Assembly (NCBI RefSeq): GCF_018350175.1
Contig: NC_058368.1
Location: 101,062,001 to 101,126,000 of the forward strand
Source: Felis catus
Taxonomy: Eukaryota
Reading direction: 5' to 3'
DNA length: 64,000 nucleotides
Shown piece by piece: positions 12,700 through 24,225 of this stretch. The first letter of the stretch is position 1. Each line of letters begins with the position of its first letter. The position numbers and the translations under genes are program-made. The notes below the pieces were generated by a model. The model saw nothing but the letters and a program-made list of their open reading frames with translations, did no database searches and was not told where the DNA came from.

Positions 12700-13150
12700 T
12701 GTTAATTCAAAATTCAGCACATGCTAAGAGCAGGAGCTGTTCTAGGCACTGGGAGAGAGCAGGAAACTAAATAGGCAAAGATCCTGGCCCTCAAGAAGCT
12801 TACATCCTCTTGTGTGAGACAGATGCTAAGCAAAATAAGAAACAAAAACACGCGCTGTATAAAAGGATGATGCACACCGTGGAGAAAAATAAAGCAAGGA
12901 AAGTGAATAAGCAAACATGGCGAAATCAAGGCAGACCCCATTGGGAAGGTGACATTTCCCTAAGGCCTGAAAGGGAAGAAGGACTGAACCATGAGAACAT
13001 CAGGGGGGAAGAAAGCATTCCAGGCAGAGGAAAGAGCGAGTGCAAAGGCCCTGAGGTGGGAGCATGCCTGTGTGTCCTGAGGAACAGTGAAGACAACAGT
13101 GTGGCTAGAGTAGGGTTGGCAAGGAGGAGAGTGGAAGGAGATAAGGCCTT
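12700..13150 (-). mobile_element. L2 fragment
   Basis: tgttctaggcactggga; gcattccaggcagagg.aa.agc.agtgcaaaggccctgaggtggga. Confidence 0.85.
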
Positions 13151-13228
13151 TCAGATACTTGAACAATAATGGATTTAGCATGGCCTAAGGAATACTTTAT
13201 TTTTAGCATTAAAAAAAGAAGAAATATA

Positions 13229-13450
13229 GGGGTGCCTGGGTGGCGCAGTCGGTTAAGCGTCCAACTTCAGCCAGGTCACGATCTCGCGGTCTGTGAGTTC
13301 GAGCCCCGCGTCAGGCTCTGGGCTGATGGCTCAGAGCCTGGAGCCTGTTTCTGATTCTGTGTCTCCCTCTCTCTCTGCCCCTCCCCCGTTCATGCTCTGT
13401 CTCTCTCTGTCCCCCAAAAAATAAATAAACGTTGAAAAAAAAATTAAAAA
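13229..13450 (+). mobile_element. Felid SINEC_Fc
   Basis: Diagnostic body; TSD AAAAAAAGAAGAAATATA. Confidence 0.94.
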
Positions 13451-14100
13451 AAAAAGAAGAAATATAAATTATCTGATGGAAAGGAGAATAGCTGTGGCTA
13501 TCTTTGATTAGGTCAAGCTCCCTTTTCTTAGCTCAAGAGCAAGAATGTTGGAAGAAGGAGAGGGGGCAAGAGAAGAGGGGAGGGGAGAGAGGAAAGGAAG
13601 GAGAAGGGTGAGCGTGTCCAGCCCAGCCTGGTTTAGTCCAGTCTCCCCACCCCACCCCAGATCTGTGTGTCAGGACCCATCCGTCTATAGTGGCTGCATC
13701 TGGACAGGACATCCAGAAACCTGCACAGAGCTAACCTGTCCTGAGGAGAAACTCAGCAGCTACTCTGAGACACATCTTCCGTCTGGCCTGCCTGTGGACT
13801 CGATTCCACAGCCGACAGCCAGCTCCGAGTGAGAAGGCAGGATTGAGTTGTATTTTCCTGACCCTCATGGAGAGGAACAGATTACAGGGGACACAGTGTG
13901 TTTATCCAGCATTTTGTTCATTGAACAAATATCTCTTGAAGGCCTACTATGTGCCAGGTCCTGCTGCGTGGGATCAGACATTCCTGGCCCCGTGCCCAAG
14001 GAACTTAGCCACCTACCACAAGTAAAGGGCACACTATTCAGGTGTTAGGGTCTGCATTTTTTCATCTGAGGTTGAAATGAGGACAAGAAATGCTTGAACA

Positions 14101-14280
14101 GGGACGCCTAAGTGGCTTAGTCAGTTAAACATCTTGGTTTCGACTCAGGTCATGATCTCATGGTTTGTGGGATTGAGCCCCGCATCGGGCTTTGCCCTGA
14201 CAGTATGGAACCTGCTTGGGATTCTCTCTCTGCCCCTCTCCTCTCTCTCTCAAAATAGACAAATAAGCACTAAAAAAAAA
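14101..14280 (+). mobile_element. Can-SINE
   Basis: TSD AAAT(g/t)CTTGAACA. Confidence 0.9.
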
Positions 14281-14425
14281 TTCTTGAACAGCCTCTGCCC
14301 ACCCCGAAAGACCCGTGTGTTGATAATTCAGGGAGGAAAGAAGGAGACTCCACTCAGGATGCCTTAAAGAGCCCAGCGCAACCCAACCAAGGCTGTGATA
14401 TCCTTAAGAAACAATAAAACTCTAA

Positions 14426-14535
14426 GGGTGCCTGGCTGGCTCAGTTGGAAGAGCAGGTGACTCTTGATCCCTGGATTGTGAATTGGAGCCCCACATTGGG
14501 AGCAGAGATAAGTTAAAAATAAAATAAAAAAGAAA
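14426..14535 (+). mobile_element. Short Can-SINE
   Basis: Head plus A-tail without CT tract; AAGAAACAATA on both flanks. Confidence 0.85.
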
Positions 14536-14939
14536 GAAACAATACAGTTTTAGAAGATGGGTCATTAGGTCCCCTCAACAGCTGGCATCTTTTTATTCCT
14601 CACTTCTCTACTATGCTACTATGGGGAGACTCAGTTTTTGCTCTCTATTTGCAAAGAAGTTACTCTTAAAGACTGAAAGACTTTGTCCCAAATTCACACT
14701 ACCTGAGAGAATAGATCTGATTGGTCAGCCAGTCCGCCGACTCCACATTGTGTCTCTGGGCTGAGATCATGGAGAAGGCTATGTAGTCATGGATAGACAG
14801 CTATGCTGGTGTCAGGCTCTCTTTCCCGGTCACATTAGCTGTGGCCAGTGCCCTGGTGTCATCTGACACACCTAGATGTTACATTTATCCATAACAACCC
14901 CCTTACGCCGGAAGTGGTAGAAATGTCAGGCACAGTGAG

Positions 14940-15709
14940 GTTTCCCTATCAAAACCCCAGCTGGGTTTTGTTTTGTTCTATTTTGTTTTGTTTTGTTTTG
15001 TTTTGTTTTGTTTTTGCAGAGTTTGACAAGCTGATCTTAACACTCCTGTGAGAATCCAAAGGATCTAGAATAAGAAAGAGAAAAAAAAAAAAAAAAACCT
15101 TGAAGAGCAAAGCTGGAAGACTCACACTTCCCAATTTCCAAGCTTGCTACACAGCTGCACTAATCAAGACAGTGTGACGTTGGCATAAGGATAGACATAG
15201 ATATCAGTGGAGTAAAATCGAGGATCCAGAAATAAACCTCATGTTTATGGTCAGTTCATTTTCCCCAAGGATGCCAAGACCATTCATTCAGTAATGAAAT
15301 AGTAGTCTTTTCAACAAAGGGTGCTCAGATGACTGGATTTCCACAAGCAAAAGAATGAAGTTGGACCCCTACCTCACATCATACTGAAAAGCTAATTCAA
15401 GACAGATTGTAGAGTTAAGTGTAAGAATTCAACTATAAAACTTACAAGGGAAAACAAGAGCAAATCTTTGTGATTTTGATCCTAATATGACGCTAAAAGC
15501 CAAGACAAAAAGAAACAAATAGATAGATTGTACTTCCTCAAAATTTAAAACATTCATGCTTCAAAGGACACCATCCAGAAAATGAAAGGACAATTCCCAG
15601 AATAAGAGAAGAGATCTAATAGAGACTTGTATTCAGAATACATTAAAAATTTTTTGAATCCAATAATAAGAATGCAAATAAACTAATTTTAAAATGGGGA
15701 AAGGATTTT
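14940..15709 (+). mobile_element. Degenerate L1 ORF2 3' region (continues in fragments further downstream)
   Basis: Nucleotide remnants of the DKLIL, LTLP-F, IKTVW-W-KDRH, SLFNK and KRMKLDPYLT motifs, with stops and frameshifts. Confidence 0.88.
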
Positions 15710-15710
15710 A

Positions 15711-15920
15711 GGGGCACCTGGGTGGTTCAGTCAGGTAGACACCCAGCTTTGGCTCAGGTCATGATCTCGTGTTTTGTTAAGTTCGAGCCCCACATCGAGA
15801 TGTCTGTTCTCAGCACAGAGCCCGCTTCAGATCTTCTGTCTCCCTCTGTCTCTGCCTCTACACTACTCTCTCTCTCTCTCTCTCTCTCTCTCAAAAATAA
15901 ACACTTAAAAAATGTTAAAC
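15711..15920 (+). mobile_element. Can-SINE (tail continues ~16145-16200)
   Basis: TSD AAAATGGGGAAAGGATTTT at 15691 and 16197. Confidence 0.9.
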
Positions 15921-16144
15921 ATTTTTTTTAAATTTTTTTTTCAACGTGTATTTATTTTTGGGACAGAGAGAGACAGAGCATGAACGGGGGAGGGGCAGAG
16001 AGAGAGGGAGACACAGAATCGGAAACAGGCTCCAGGCTCCGAGCCATCAGCCCAGAGCCCGACGCGGGGCTCGAACTCACGGACCGCGAGATCGTGACCT
16101 GGCTGAAGTCGGACGCTTAACCGACTGCGCCACCCAGGCGCCCC
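15921..16144 (-). mobile_element. Young felid SINEC_Fc inserted in the tail of the previous SINE
   Basis: Near-consensus and CpG-rich; AAACATTTTTT on both flanks. Confidence 0.95.
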
Positions 16145-16215
16145 AAACATTTTTTAACATTTAAAAATTTTTAACATTTTAAATGTGAACAGTTAAAAAA
16201 TGGGGAAAGGATTTT

Positions 16216-16650
16216 TTCTAATTATAATTTATTGTCAAGTTAGCTAACATACAGTGTGCTCTTGGCTTCAGGAGTAGATTCCCATGATTCATCACTTATA
16301 TACAACACCCAGTGCTCATCCCAACAGGTGCCCTCCTCAATGCCCACCACCATTTTCCCCTCTCCTCCCTCCGCCCCGTCAACCCTCAGTTTGTTCTCTG
16401 TATTTAAGAGTCTCTTATGGTTTGCCTTCCTCTCTGTTTGAAATTATTTTTTCCTTTTCCCTTCCTCCATGGTCTTCTGTTAAGTTTCACAAAGCCCACA
16501 TATGAGTGAAAACATATGATATCTGTCCATCCCTGACTGACTTATTTCACTTAGCATAATACCGTCTATTTCCATCCCTGTTGTTGCAAACGGCAGGATT
16601 TCACATCTTCTTTATCCATTCATCAGTTGATGGACATTTGGGCTCTTTTG
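16216..16650 (-). mobile_element. Carnivore L1 3' end (5'-truncated)
   Basis: acaacacccagtgctcatcccaaca, gttctctgtatttaagagtctctta, tcagttgatggacattt. Confidence 0.88.
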
Positions 16651-16978
16651 CAGAAAGCATTTTAAAAGACAGTGTTCCAAAGAAAGTATACACGTGGTCC
16701 ATAAGCATGTAAGATGTGTAACATCACCAGCATCAAGAGAAAATATTGATGAATTTAGTTATATAAAAATAATTTTGAATAATCTGCATTGCATAAACCA
16801 CCATAACAAGCTTAAATAGGAAACACTATTCTGGAGAAAAGATACAGGCAGTTCATATCCCACAACAAGTCCTTATCTTCTTAACATATTAAGAGCTCTT
16901 ACAAGTAATAATTATAATAACAAATCCCACAGTCTAAAGGCAAAGGATATAAATCGAGTTCTTTCTAAAGAACATTTA

Positions 16979-17203
16979 TTTTTTTTTAATTTTTTTTCAA
17001 TGTTTTTTATTTATTTTTGGGACAGAGAGAGACAGAGCATGAACGGGGGAGGGGCAGAGAAAGAGGGAGACACAGAATCGGAAACAGGCTCCAGGCTCTG
17101 AGCCATCAGCCCAGAGCCTGACGCGGGGCTCGAACTCACGGACCGCAAGATCGTGACCTGGCTGAAGTCAGACGCTTAACCGACTGCGCCACCCAGGCGC
17201 CCC
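16979..17203 (-). mobile_element. Felid SINEC_Fc
   Basis: Perfect TSD CTAAAGAACATTTA. Confidence 0.94.
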
Positions 17204-17360
17204 ACTAAAGAACATTTAAAACTAATATAAAAAGATGTCTGTTTTCAATAACAAGTGGTATAAGTAATACAACTTCATTGAGAAGCCCATTTCCCTGATC
17301 AAATTGGCAAAGATCAATAATTTTGATAACACCGTTAATGAGAATTCAGGAATAACTTTT

Positions 17361-17581
17361 TTTTTTAAATTTTTTTTTCAACGTTTATTTATTTTTGGGA
17401 CACAGAGAGACAGAGCATGAACGGGGGAGGGGCAGAGAGAGAGGGAGACACAGAATCGGAAACAGGCTCCAGACTCTGAGCCATCAGCCCAGAGCCTGAC
17501 GCAGGGCTCGAACTCCCGGACCGCGAGATGGTGACCTGGCTGAAGTCGGACGCTTAATCGACTGCGCCACCCAGGCGCCCC
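17361..17581 (-). mobile_element. Felid SINEC_Fc
   Basis: Perfect TSD CAGGAATAACTTTT. Confidence 0.94.
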
Positions 17582-17794
17582 CAGGAATAACTTTTATACA
17601 TTGCTTGTAGAAATCCATGAAGGGCAATTTGGCAATATATATATATATATATCAAGATGGCAAGTGTTACATACCCTTTGAATTAGCAACTCCACTATTG
17701 GAAATGTGTTCATTAAAAACTGTACATACTGAACAACCAACTCTCTACCCAAAATAAGGAAATGCCTTTTATGTGTAGATATTGCCAGGTTTCT

Positions 17795-17999
17795 TTTTTA
17801 AACTTATTTCTTTTGAGTGAGAGAGAGAGAGTTTGAACGTAGGCAGGAGAGGGGCAGAGAGAGAGAGAGGGAGTGAATCCCAAGCAGGCTGCATACTGTC
17901 AGCTCAGAACCTGTCGCAGGGCTCAATCTAACCAACCAAGAGATCATGACCTGAGCTGAAGTCAAGAGTCAGATGCTTAACAGAGCCACCCGGGTGCCC
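17795..17999 (-). mobile_element. Can-SINE
   Basis: TSD GATATTGCCAG. Confidence 0.9.
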
Positions 18000-18014
18000 T
18001 GATATTGCCAGTTT

Positions 18015-18456
18015 TATTCTTTTATTTTTTAAAATATATTGTTAAATTGGCTTACATACAACACCCAGTGCTCATCCCAACAAATGCCCTCCTCGGTGCC
18101 CATCATCCACTTTCCCCTCTCCCCCACCCCATCCACCCCAAGTTGTTCTCTGTATTTTAAGAGTCTCATGGTTTGCCTCCCTCTGTCTGTTTGTATCTAT
18201 GTTTGTTCCCTTCCCTTCCCCCATGGTCTTCTGTTAAGTTTCTCAAGATCCACATATGAATGAAAACATATGGTATCTGTCTTTCTCTGCCTGACTTATT
18301 TCACTCAGCCTAATACTCTCTGGTTCCATCCACATTGCTACAAATGGCCAGGTTTCATTCTTTCTCATTGCCAAGTAGTATTCCATTGTATATATAAACC
18401 ACATCTTCTTTATCTATTCGTCAGTTGATGGACATTTAGGCTCGTTCCATTATTTG
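18015..18456 (-). mobile_element. Carnivore/felid L1 3' end (5'-truncated)
   Basis: Same L1 3' landmarks as 16216-16650; TSD GATATTGCCA. Confidence 0.88.
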
Positions 18457-19461
18457 GATATTGCCATTTTTAATGGTATATAAATACTTCTATCAAGGTT
18501 AATTTCCAACTATTCTCCTACCGTCAACCAGAGCTCAAAGTTCCTGAAATTGTAACAAATGGCCCTCAAAAGCCTATGCGAGCCTGCAACACTACACCAG
18601 TAAATATTCATCAGAATATGCAAAAGAATATGTGCAAAATTGTGCCATTATGTGTAATAACAAAGATTTGAAACAGTCTAAATGGCCATCAGCAGAGAAC
18701 AGCTTAACTAATGATTAGATTGTAACATTATTTTAAAAAATTGAGACAGCTCTTTATTCATAGATACGGAACAATCTCTAAGCTGTATTTCTTAAGTTAA
18801 AAAAACCTAAGGTACAAAGCAGTGTGCGTCGTTTAACATTTGACCAAAAAGTGGGGGGTACATATGAATAGGATGTCTCAGGAACGGTATTTAAGAAACT
18901 AGAAGCATTGATTTCCTCAGGAGAGGGGAAACTGGTCACACACACGCACACATACACACACACACACACTGATCAGGACTCTGCGGAACACTCTAGGGGG
19001 CTCTCTGCAGATTTCTGTGCCTTTTCTATGCAGCTGTCTTTTGAGCCCTCTGTTCTGCAGACTCCAGCTACCTTGGACTCCTCCACATCTTGGCTCTGTC
19101 TCCTCAACTCCGCAAGTGTGCTGGTCTTCACCTCATTGACTCCTTTGTCAAGGCAGTAGGCTGGGGCAATTGTAGACCTTAACTCTTCTGCTTTCCACTT
19201 CTGAAGGATCACAGTCCTTCAGTGCCTGGTGTTCAACGTGTTGACAACTATTGTTGTACATATTTTGTTGAGTTTCTTAGTTGTATTGACAGGAGGGTAA
19301 ACTCAGTCCCTGCCATTCTGTGATGGCTGGAAATAGAAGTCCAATAATATTTTTAGAAAGAAATATATAGAAGAATATATTTGTGACCTCGGGTTGGGGA
19401 AGATTCCTTAATGAAGCATTAAGCATAGATCATACAAAAATGATTAAGATTTTGTATTTAA

Positions 19462-19680
19462 GGGGTGCCTGGGTGACTCCATCTGTTGAGCGTCCAACTT
19501 TGGCTCAGGTCATGATCTCACGGTTCATGGGTTCAAGCCCTGTGGCAGAACCTGTGCTGACAACTTGGAGCCTGGAGCCTGCTTCAGATTCTGTCTCCCT
19601 CTCTCTCTGCCCTTCCCCTGCTCATGCCCCCCCACCTCTCAAAAATGAATACACTTTAAAAAATTTTTTTAATAAAATAA
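19462..19680 (+). mobile_element. Can-SINE
   Basis: Typical body; TTTGTATT on both flanks. Confidence 0.9.
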
Positions 19681-20478
19681 AAATTTGTATTAAAACAATG
19701 CCCCATCAAGAAAGTGGAACTGTGAGTCACAGAAGGGAAGAAGGTATCTGCAGTGCATACAGTAAACAAATGACTCATAAGCAGACCAAATAAGAGGGAG
19801 AAAAAAAGGAGGCTTGCAAATCAAGATCTAAAAATCAGATAACCCCAGACAAAAGTCTTGCAAAAGTCATTAATGGGCACCACTCAAAAGAGAAACTCTA
19901 AATAGCCAGTGACCATACAGAGTGGTGCTCACCTCATTAGTGTTCAAGGAAATGCAAGTTAATATCAAAATGTCAAAATTTGCCAATGTAGACCAAAAGA
20001 AATGTAAAAACTAACAACTCCAAGGGTTAACAAAATATGATATAGCAAGAACTTTCTTTCTTTGCTTGCCGGAGTACAAATTAATGTAACCGTTTTGGAA
20101 AAGAGTTTGGTACTTTCTAGCAAAGTTTAAGATATATAAACCTCAGGATCCAGCCTGTCCACTCATGGGTCTATACCATTCAGAACGTCAAGCATACACG
20201 TAACAAGATACAGGTTCGGCAATGTTCATAGCACCATCTTTCAAAATAGTCATATAATGAAAACCATTCACAAGTCCATCAATCTAAAATGGATAAATTA
20301 TGGTGTATATTTTTATGATACGTGACATTAAAAATCAGTGAGCTAAGTCACATACAACAATGTGAATAAAGCTTAACTTTATAGCTTTGAGCAAAAGAGG
20401 CAAGGTTCTAGAGAAAGCATTTGGTATGCTTCTATTCACAAAATTCAGAAATATTCAAAAATTATTTAGAGATAACTC

Positions 20479-20635
20479 TTTTTTTTAATGTTTATTTATT
20501 TATTTATTTTGAGAGAGAGAGAGAGAGCAGGAGGGAGGGAGGGGCAGACAGAGAGGGAAAGAGAGAATCCCAAGCAGGCTCTGTACTGTCAGCATGGAGC
20601 CCGACATAGGGCTTGATCTCATGAACCATGAGATT
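20479..20635 (-). mobile_element. 5'-truncated Can-SINE
   Basis: Tail, GA tract and body up to ccatgagat; head missing. Confidence 0.85.
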
Positions 20636-21295
20636 TAGACATGCACTCTTAGGTGGTAAAACTGTAAATAAAATAACCTAAATGTTTCCCTTAAAAGGTA
20701 ACTCATATCAAAATGAATACTCCGCGAAATGATACCTGAGAAGCATTTAACCCATTACTTGGTGCATAATCTATGCTCAGTAAGTTTTAGCCAAAAGTAT
20801 TTACCTCTGTCCTAAAACCCAGTCCATTTCCTGGCAAACAGCATGTACTTGAGTTGGGGGTGAGGATGTGTTAAGGTAGCCAATTAAGTCCAAGATGAGT
20901 GGCCTCATGATCAAGACGGTGACCTACTACTTAGCCTCCTTGTTATAGACTCTACAATGGCATCCATTTCTCCTGAGGCATTTCTTTTTGTGTGAAATAT
21001 AAGTATTCTCAATCATGATTATTGATTTCATATCCAGACGCTTCTTACAGTCAATGAGAAAACATATTCAGCCAAGGCAAGTAAATGTGCATTTAAGAGA
21101 TCAGCCCAAACACTGGAATGAGTATCTCAGGAGCAACTAGGGTCAAGGTGCAAGAGAAAGGATGAGATCTCTGGTCGAGGGGAACTCACAGGTGCCACAG
21201 TCTTGACCACACAGTCTCTGTATGGCTAGGGTTGCGGTTCATAAATAGTTAACCATAGTGTCTCCACGCCATGTGCTCGTTCCTGAGCGATATGG

Positions 21296-21513
21296 TTTTT
21301 TTTTAATTAATTTATTATTTTTTTAATGTTTATTAAAAATAAAGAGAGAGAGCATGAGCAGGGGAGGGGCGGAGAGAGAGGGGGACAGAGGATCTGAAGC
21401 CGACTCTGTGTTGACAGCAGTAAGCCCAATGCTGGGGTTTGAACTCACCAACTGTGAGATCATGACTTGAGCCAAAGTCAGACACTCAGCCGACTGAGTC
21501 TCCCGGCCACCCC
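21296..21513 (-). mobile_element. Can-SINE
   Basis: Reverse SINE body. Confidence 0.9.
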
Positions 21514-21619
21514 TAAGCCTTATGTATTAACTGGAGTTACCCCTAGGATACCAAAACACAGAAGCCACAAAATTATAAATAGGTTTTTAAAAAGCGATGC
21601 GCATTGTAAGCTATAACAT

Positions 21620-21820
21620 ATAGGGAGTGCTTTCTGTGTCCTAAACATTTTTCCAGGACTAAGGTATTGAATGCTCATGACACTAAGAAACTACAGATGG
21701 GGTCCTTGAGGTACAAAAATGTTTCAATAACCTATCAGAGGTCACACAATTGCCAGTTTTAGTGTCAGAGCCACGTTGGAGTCCAAATGCCACTAACTCT
21801 GCTGTCCAGGTGTACTGCCT
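21620..21820 (-). mobile_element. MIR fragment
   Basis: tacagatgggg...tgaggtaca...aacctatcagaggtcacaca. Confidence 0.6.
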
Positions 21821-22266
21821 ATGTGGACAGCGTATGTCTTCCTAAAGTGTGAAAACCATGGCCTTGGCACCGAGGTATCAAGAATAGTTAACAAAAATTG
21901 AGAGTCCCCAGGTACGCCTAATTAATCAATCCTTCTGTAAACCACACTGTGAATTACACAGATGATTTGGAGGCTTGTGTATGAGGTGAGATTGCATTTG
22001 GCTGCAAGCAGAGCGTTTTTTGTCTTGCTTAACAAGAAAGCTAGGGGCAGACAGTCTAAGGCTCGGATTGGAGTTCAGGGATACCACACGGGACCTGGGC
22101 TCCTTCTGCATCCTGGCTTTTCCCTGTTTTGCTCGTAGCTTTCTTCTTCAGCAGTGCTACACCTGTACCTCCACTCGTTATATTTGTGCTTGAGGACGGA
22201 GGAAATGGGGAAGAGCAACAGACAAAAGTCAGAAGTCTAAAAGGCGTGGCAGCTCAAACTCTCGTC

Positions 22267-22322
22267 TTTTTTTATTTTATTTTATTTTATTTTATTTTAT
22301 TTTATTTTATTTTATTTTAATT

Positions 22323-22360
<38 letters not shown>

Positions 22361-22533
22361 TGTGAGTAGGGGAGGGGCAGAGAGACAGGGAGACACAGAA
22401 TCCAAAGTGGGCTCCAGGCTCCTAGCTCACAGTCAGCACAGAGCCTCAACACGGGGCTTGAACCCACAAACTGTAAGAACATGACCTGAACCGCAGTCAG
22501 ACGATGAACCACCTGAGTCACCCAGGCATTCCT
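22267..22533 (-). mobile_element. Can-SINE with (TTTTA)n tail
   Basis: Reverse SINE with pentamer-expanded tail. Confidence 0.9.
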
Positions 22534-22562
22534 GAAGCTTTTTCTTCTTAAAAGCATTCTTA

Positions 22563-22760
22563 AGAGCTCTTTGGTGGCTCAGTCGGTTAGGCATCTGACT
22601 TCGGCTCGGGTCACGATCTCATGGTTCGTGGGTTCAGCCCTTGTGGGGCTCTGTGCTGACAGCACGGAGTACGGAGCCTCCTCTGGATTCTGTGTCTCCC
22701 TCTCTCTCTGCCCCTACTCCCCCCTCCCCTCAAAAATAAATAAACATTGAAAAAAATTTT
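22563..22760 (+). mobile_element. Can-SINE
   Basis: Head, body and tail; ATTCTTA on both flanks. Confidence 0.88.
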
Positions 22761-23109
22761 AAGAATTCTTAGAAGTTTTACCCAAGGATTTCTGCTTGGG
22801 TCGACTTAACTGCTTCTAAGTCAACCCTAGAAGGTGAATAGGGAAAAAAGGGTTGTGCAGATAGCACACGGGAGCTGGGTTGGTCAACCACTGGTGTGGG
22901 TCACACAGATCACTTGGCTCTCAGAGCCAAACTCGTTCATTACAGCTCTGCTCCTAGTAGACATTTATGGTGGTTTCAAGACAGAAGGCCAAGTACAACA
23001 AGGAACGAATACAGATTTGCTGTAACAACTGTGGGCTTTTCAACGGCAATATTCCCTAGAAAAAAGGACCTGTAGCTATTAGTAGGCAAAGCCTTCCTAG
23101 GGGAGGGGC

Positions 23110-23565
23110 CACCTACTTTAACTTGTTCAGCATTCATTCATTCATAAATCTTCTAGTAATAGCACCCGGTTTTCTTTGGAAAACGATTCCTGTCCCAGTC
23201 TCAGTCTCTGGATTTAGTTAGGACTACTGTCCACGCTTGGACAGTCAGTACACTCCATTTTCTTGGCTGCAGTGATCATTAATTCAGGGTCAGCTGGGTG
23301 ACTCAAATCAGCCCATGTTAAGACGTAACACCAGAACTCTTGTTGGAACAATTGGAAGGAGTGAACTTTTCCCCTGGGATTGCTATCTAGAAGATTAAAT
23401 AAGGTGAACTTGGAGTTGCTGGGGGCAACCACATGGCAGGTTTTACATGAAATTGAAGTCACAACAGAGGAAGCCAGAGCCAAGAGATAAAGAGAAAGAC
23501 CTAGACTACATGTTGTTGTTTGAACCCCTGAATCCATCTAGACCTGAAAACCCATAACTGGACTT
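23110..23565 (+). mobile_element. Old MaLR LTR (MLT1J/K-like)
   Basis: ttggctgcagtgat...gaggaagccagagccaagaga...tttgaacccctgaatcca...ctggacttt. Confidence 0.55.
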
Positions 23566-23567
23566 TG

Positions 23568-23747
23568 GTTTTTAAGGTTATTTATTTATTTTGAGAGAGA
23601 AAGGCAGAGAGACAGAGAAAGAATCCCAAGCAGCTCCTCCCTCAGCAAGGAGCATCAGTGTGGGGCTCGATCTCACAACTGTGTGATCATGACTTAAGTC
23701 TAAATCAAGAGTTGGAAACTCAACCGACTGAGCCACCCAGGCGCCCC
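23568..23747 (-). mobile_element. Can-SINE
   Basis: Reverse SINE ending CCCAGGCGCCCC. Confidence 0.9.
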
Positions 23748-23783
23748 AACCAGGCTTTTCATATGTAACCATCAAATACTCCG

Positions 23784-23821
23784 TTGTTTTTTTTTTTAGG
23801 TTTATTTATTTATTTATTTAT

Positions 23822-23867
<46 letters not shown>

Positions 23868-24225
23868 AGCACGGGAGAGGGTCAGAGAGAGAGGGAGAGA
23901 GAGAATCTCAAGCAGGCTCTGCATTGTCAGCACAGAGCTTAATGCAGGGCTTGATCCCACAAATGGTGAGATCATGACCTAAGAGCCTCAGTGGCTCGGT
24001 TGATTGAGCTTCTGACTCTTGATTTCAGCACAGGGCTTGATTCCAGGGTCATGGGATCGAGCACCACATCGGGCTCTGTGCTCAGTAGGGAGCCTGCTTA
24101 GGATTGTTTTTCTCTCTCCCTCTGCCCCTCTCCCCTGTTTGCGTGCTCTCTTTGTCTCCAATTGAAAAATGAAAAAATGAATGAATAAATAAGTAAACAA
24201 GTAAGTAAATAAATAAATAAAAAGA
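23784..24225. mobile_element. Head-to-head SINE pair: truncated minus copy (23784-23981) joined to a plus copy (23983-24225)
   Basis: gagatcatgacct|aagagcctcagtggctcgg junction. Confidence 0.85.

Larger units (their letters stand above)
17722..18601. mobile_element. MER63-like hAT relic split by a SINE and an L1
   Basis: aacaaccaactctc at left; tcaacc...aaagttcctgaaattgtaaca...gagcctgcaacactacaccag at right. Confidence 0.5.
18600..20690. mobile_element. Mosaic of old L1M fragments (+ 18600-18935, - ~18970-19342, + ~19350-20690)
   Basis: L1M-like landmarks (ctaaatggccatcagcaga; ggaaatgcaagttaa; ttttggaaaagagtttgg; catacaacaatgtgaataa). Confidence 0.65.

Noticed and set aside
14940..15709. 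Intact reverse-transcriptase/L1 ORF2 gene
   Set aside because: Fragmentary, frameshifted and interrupted by younger inserts.
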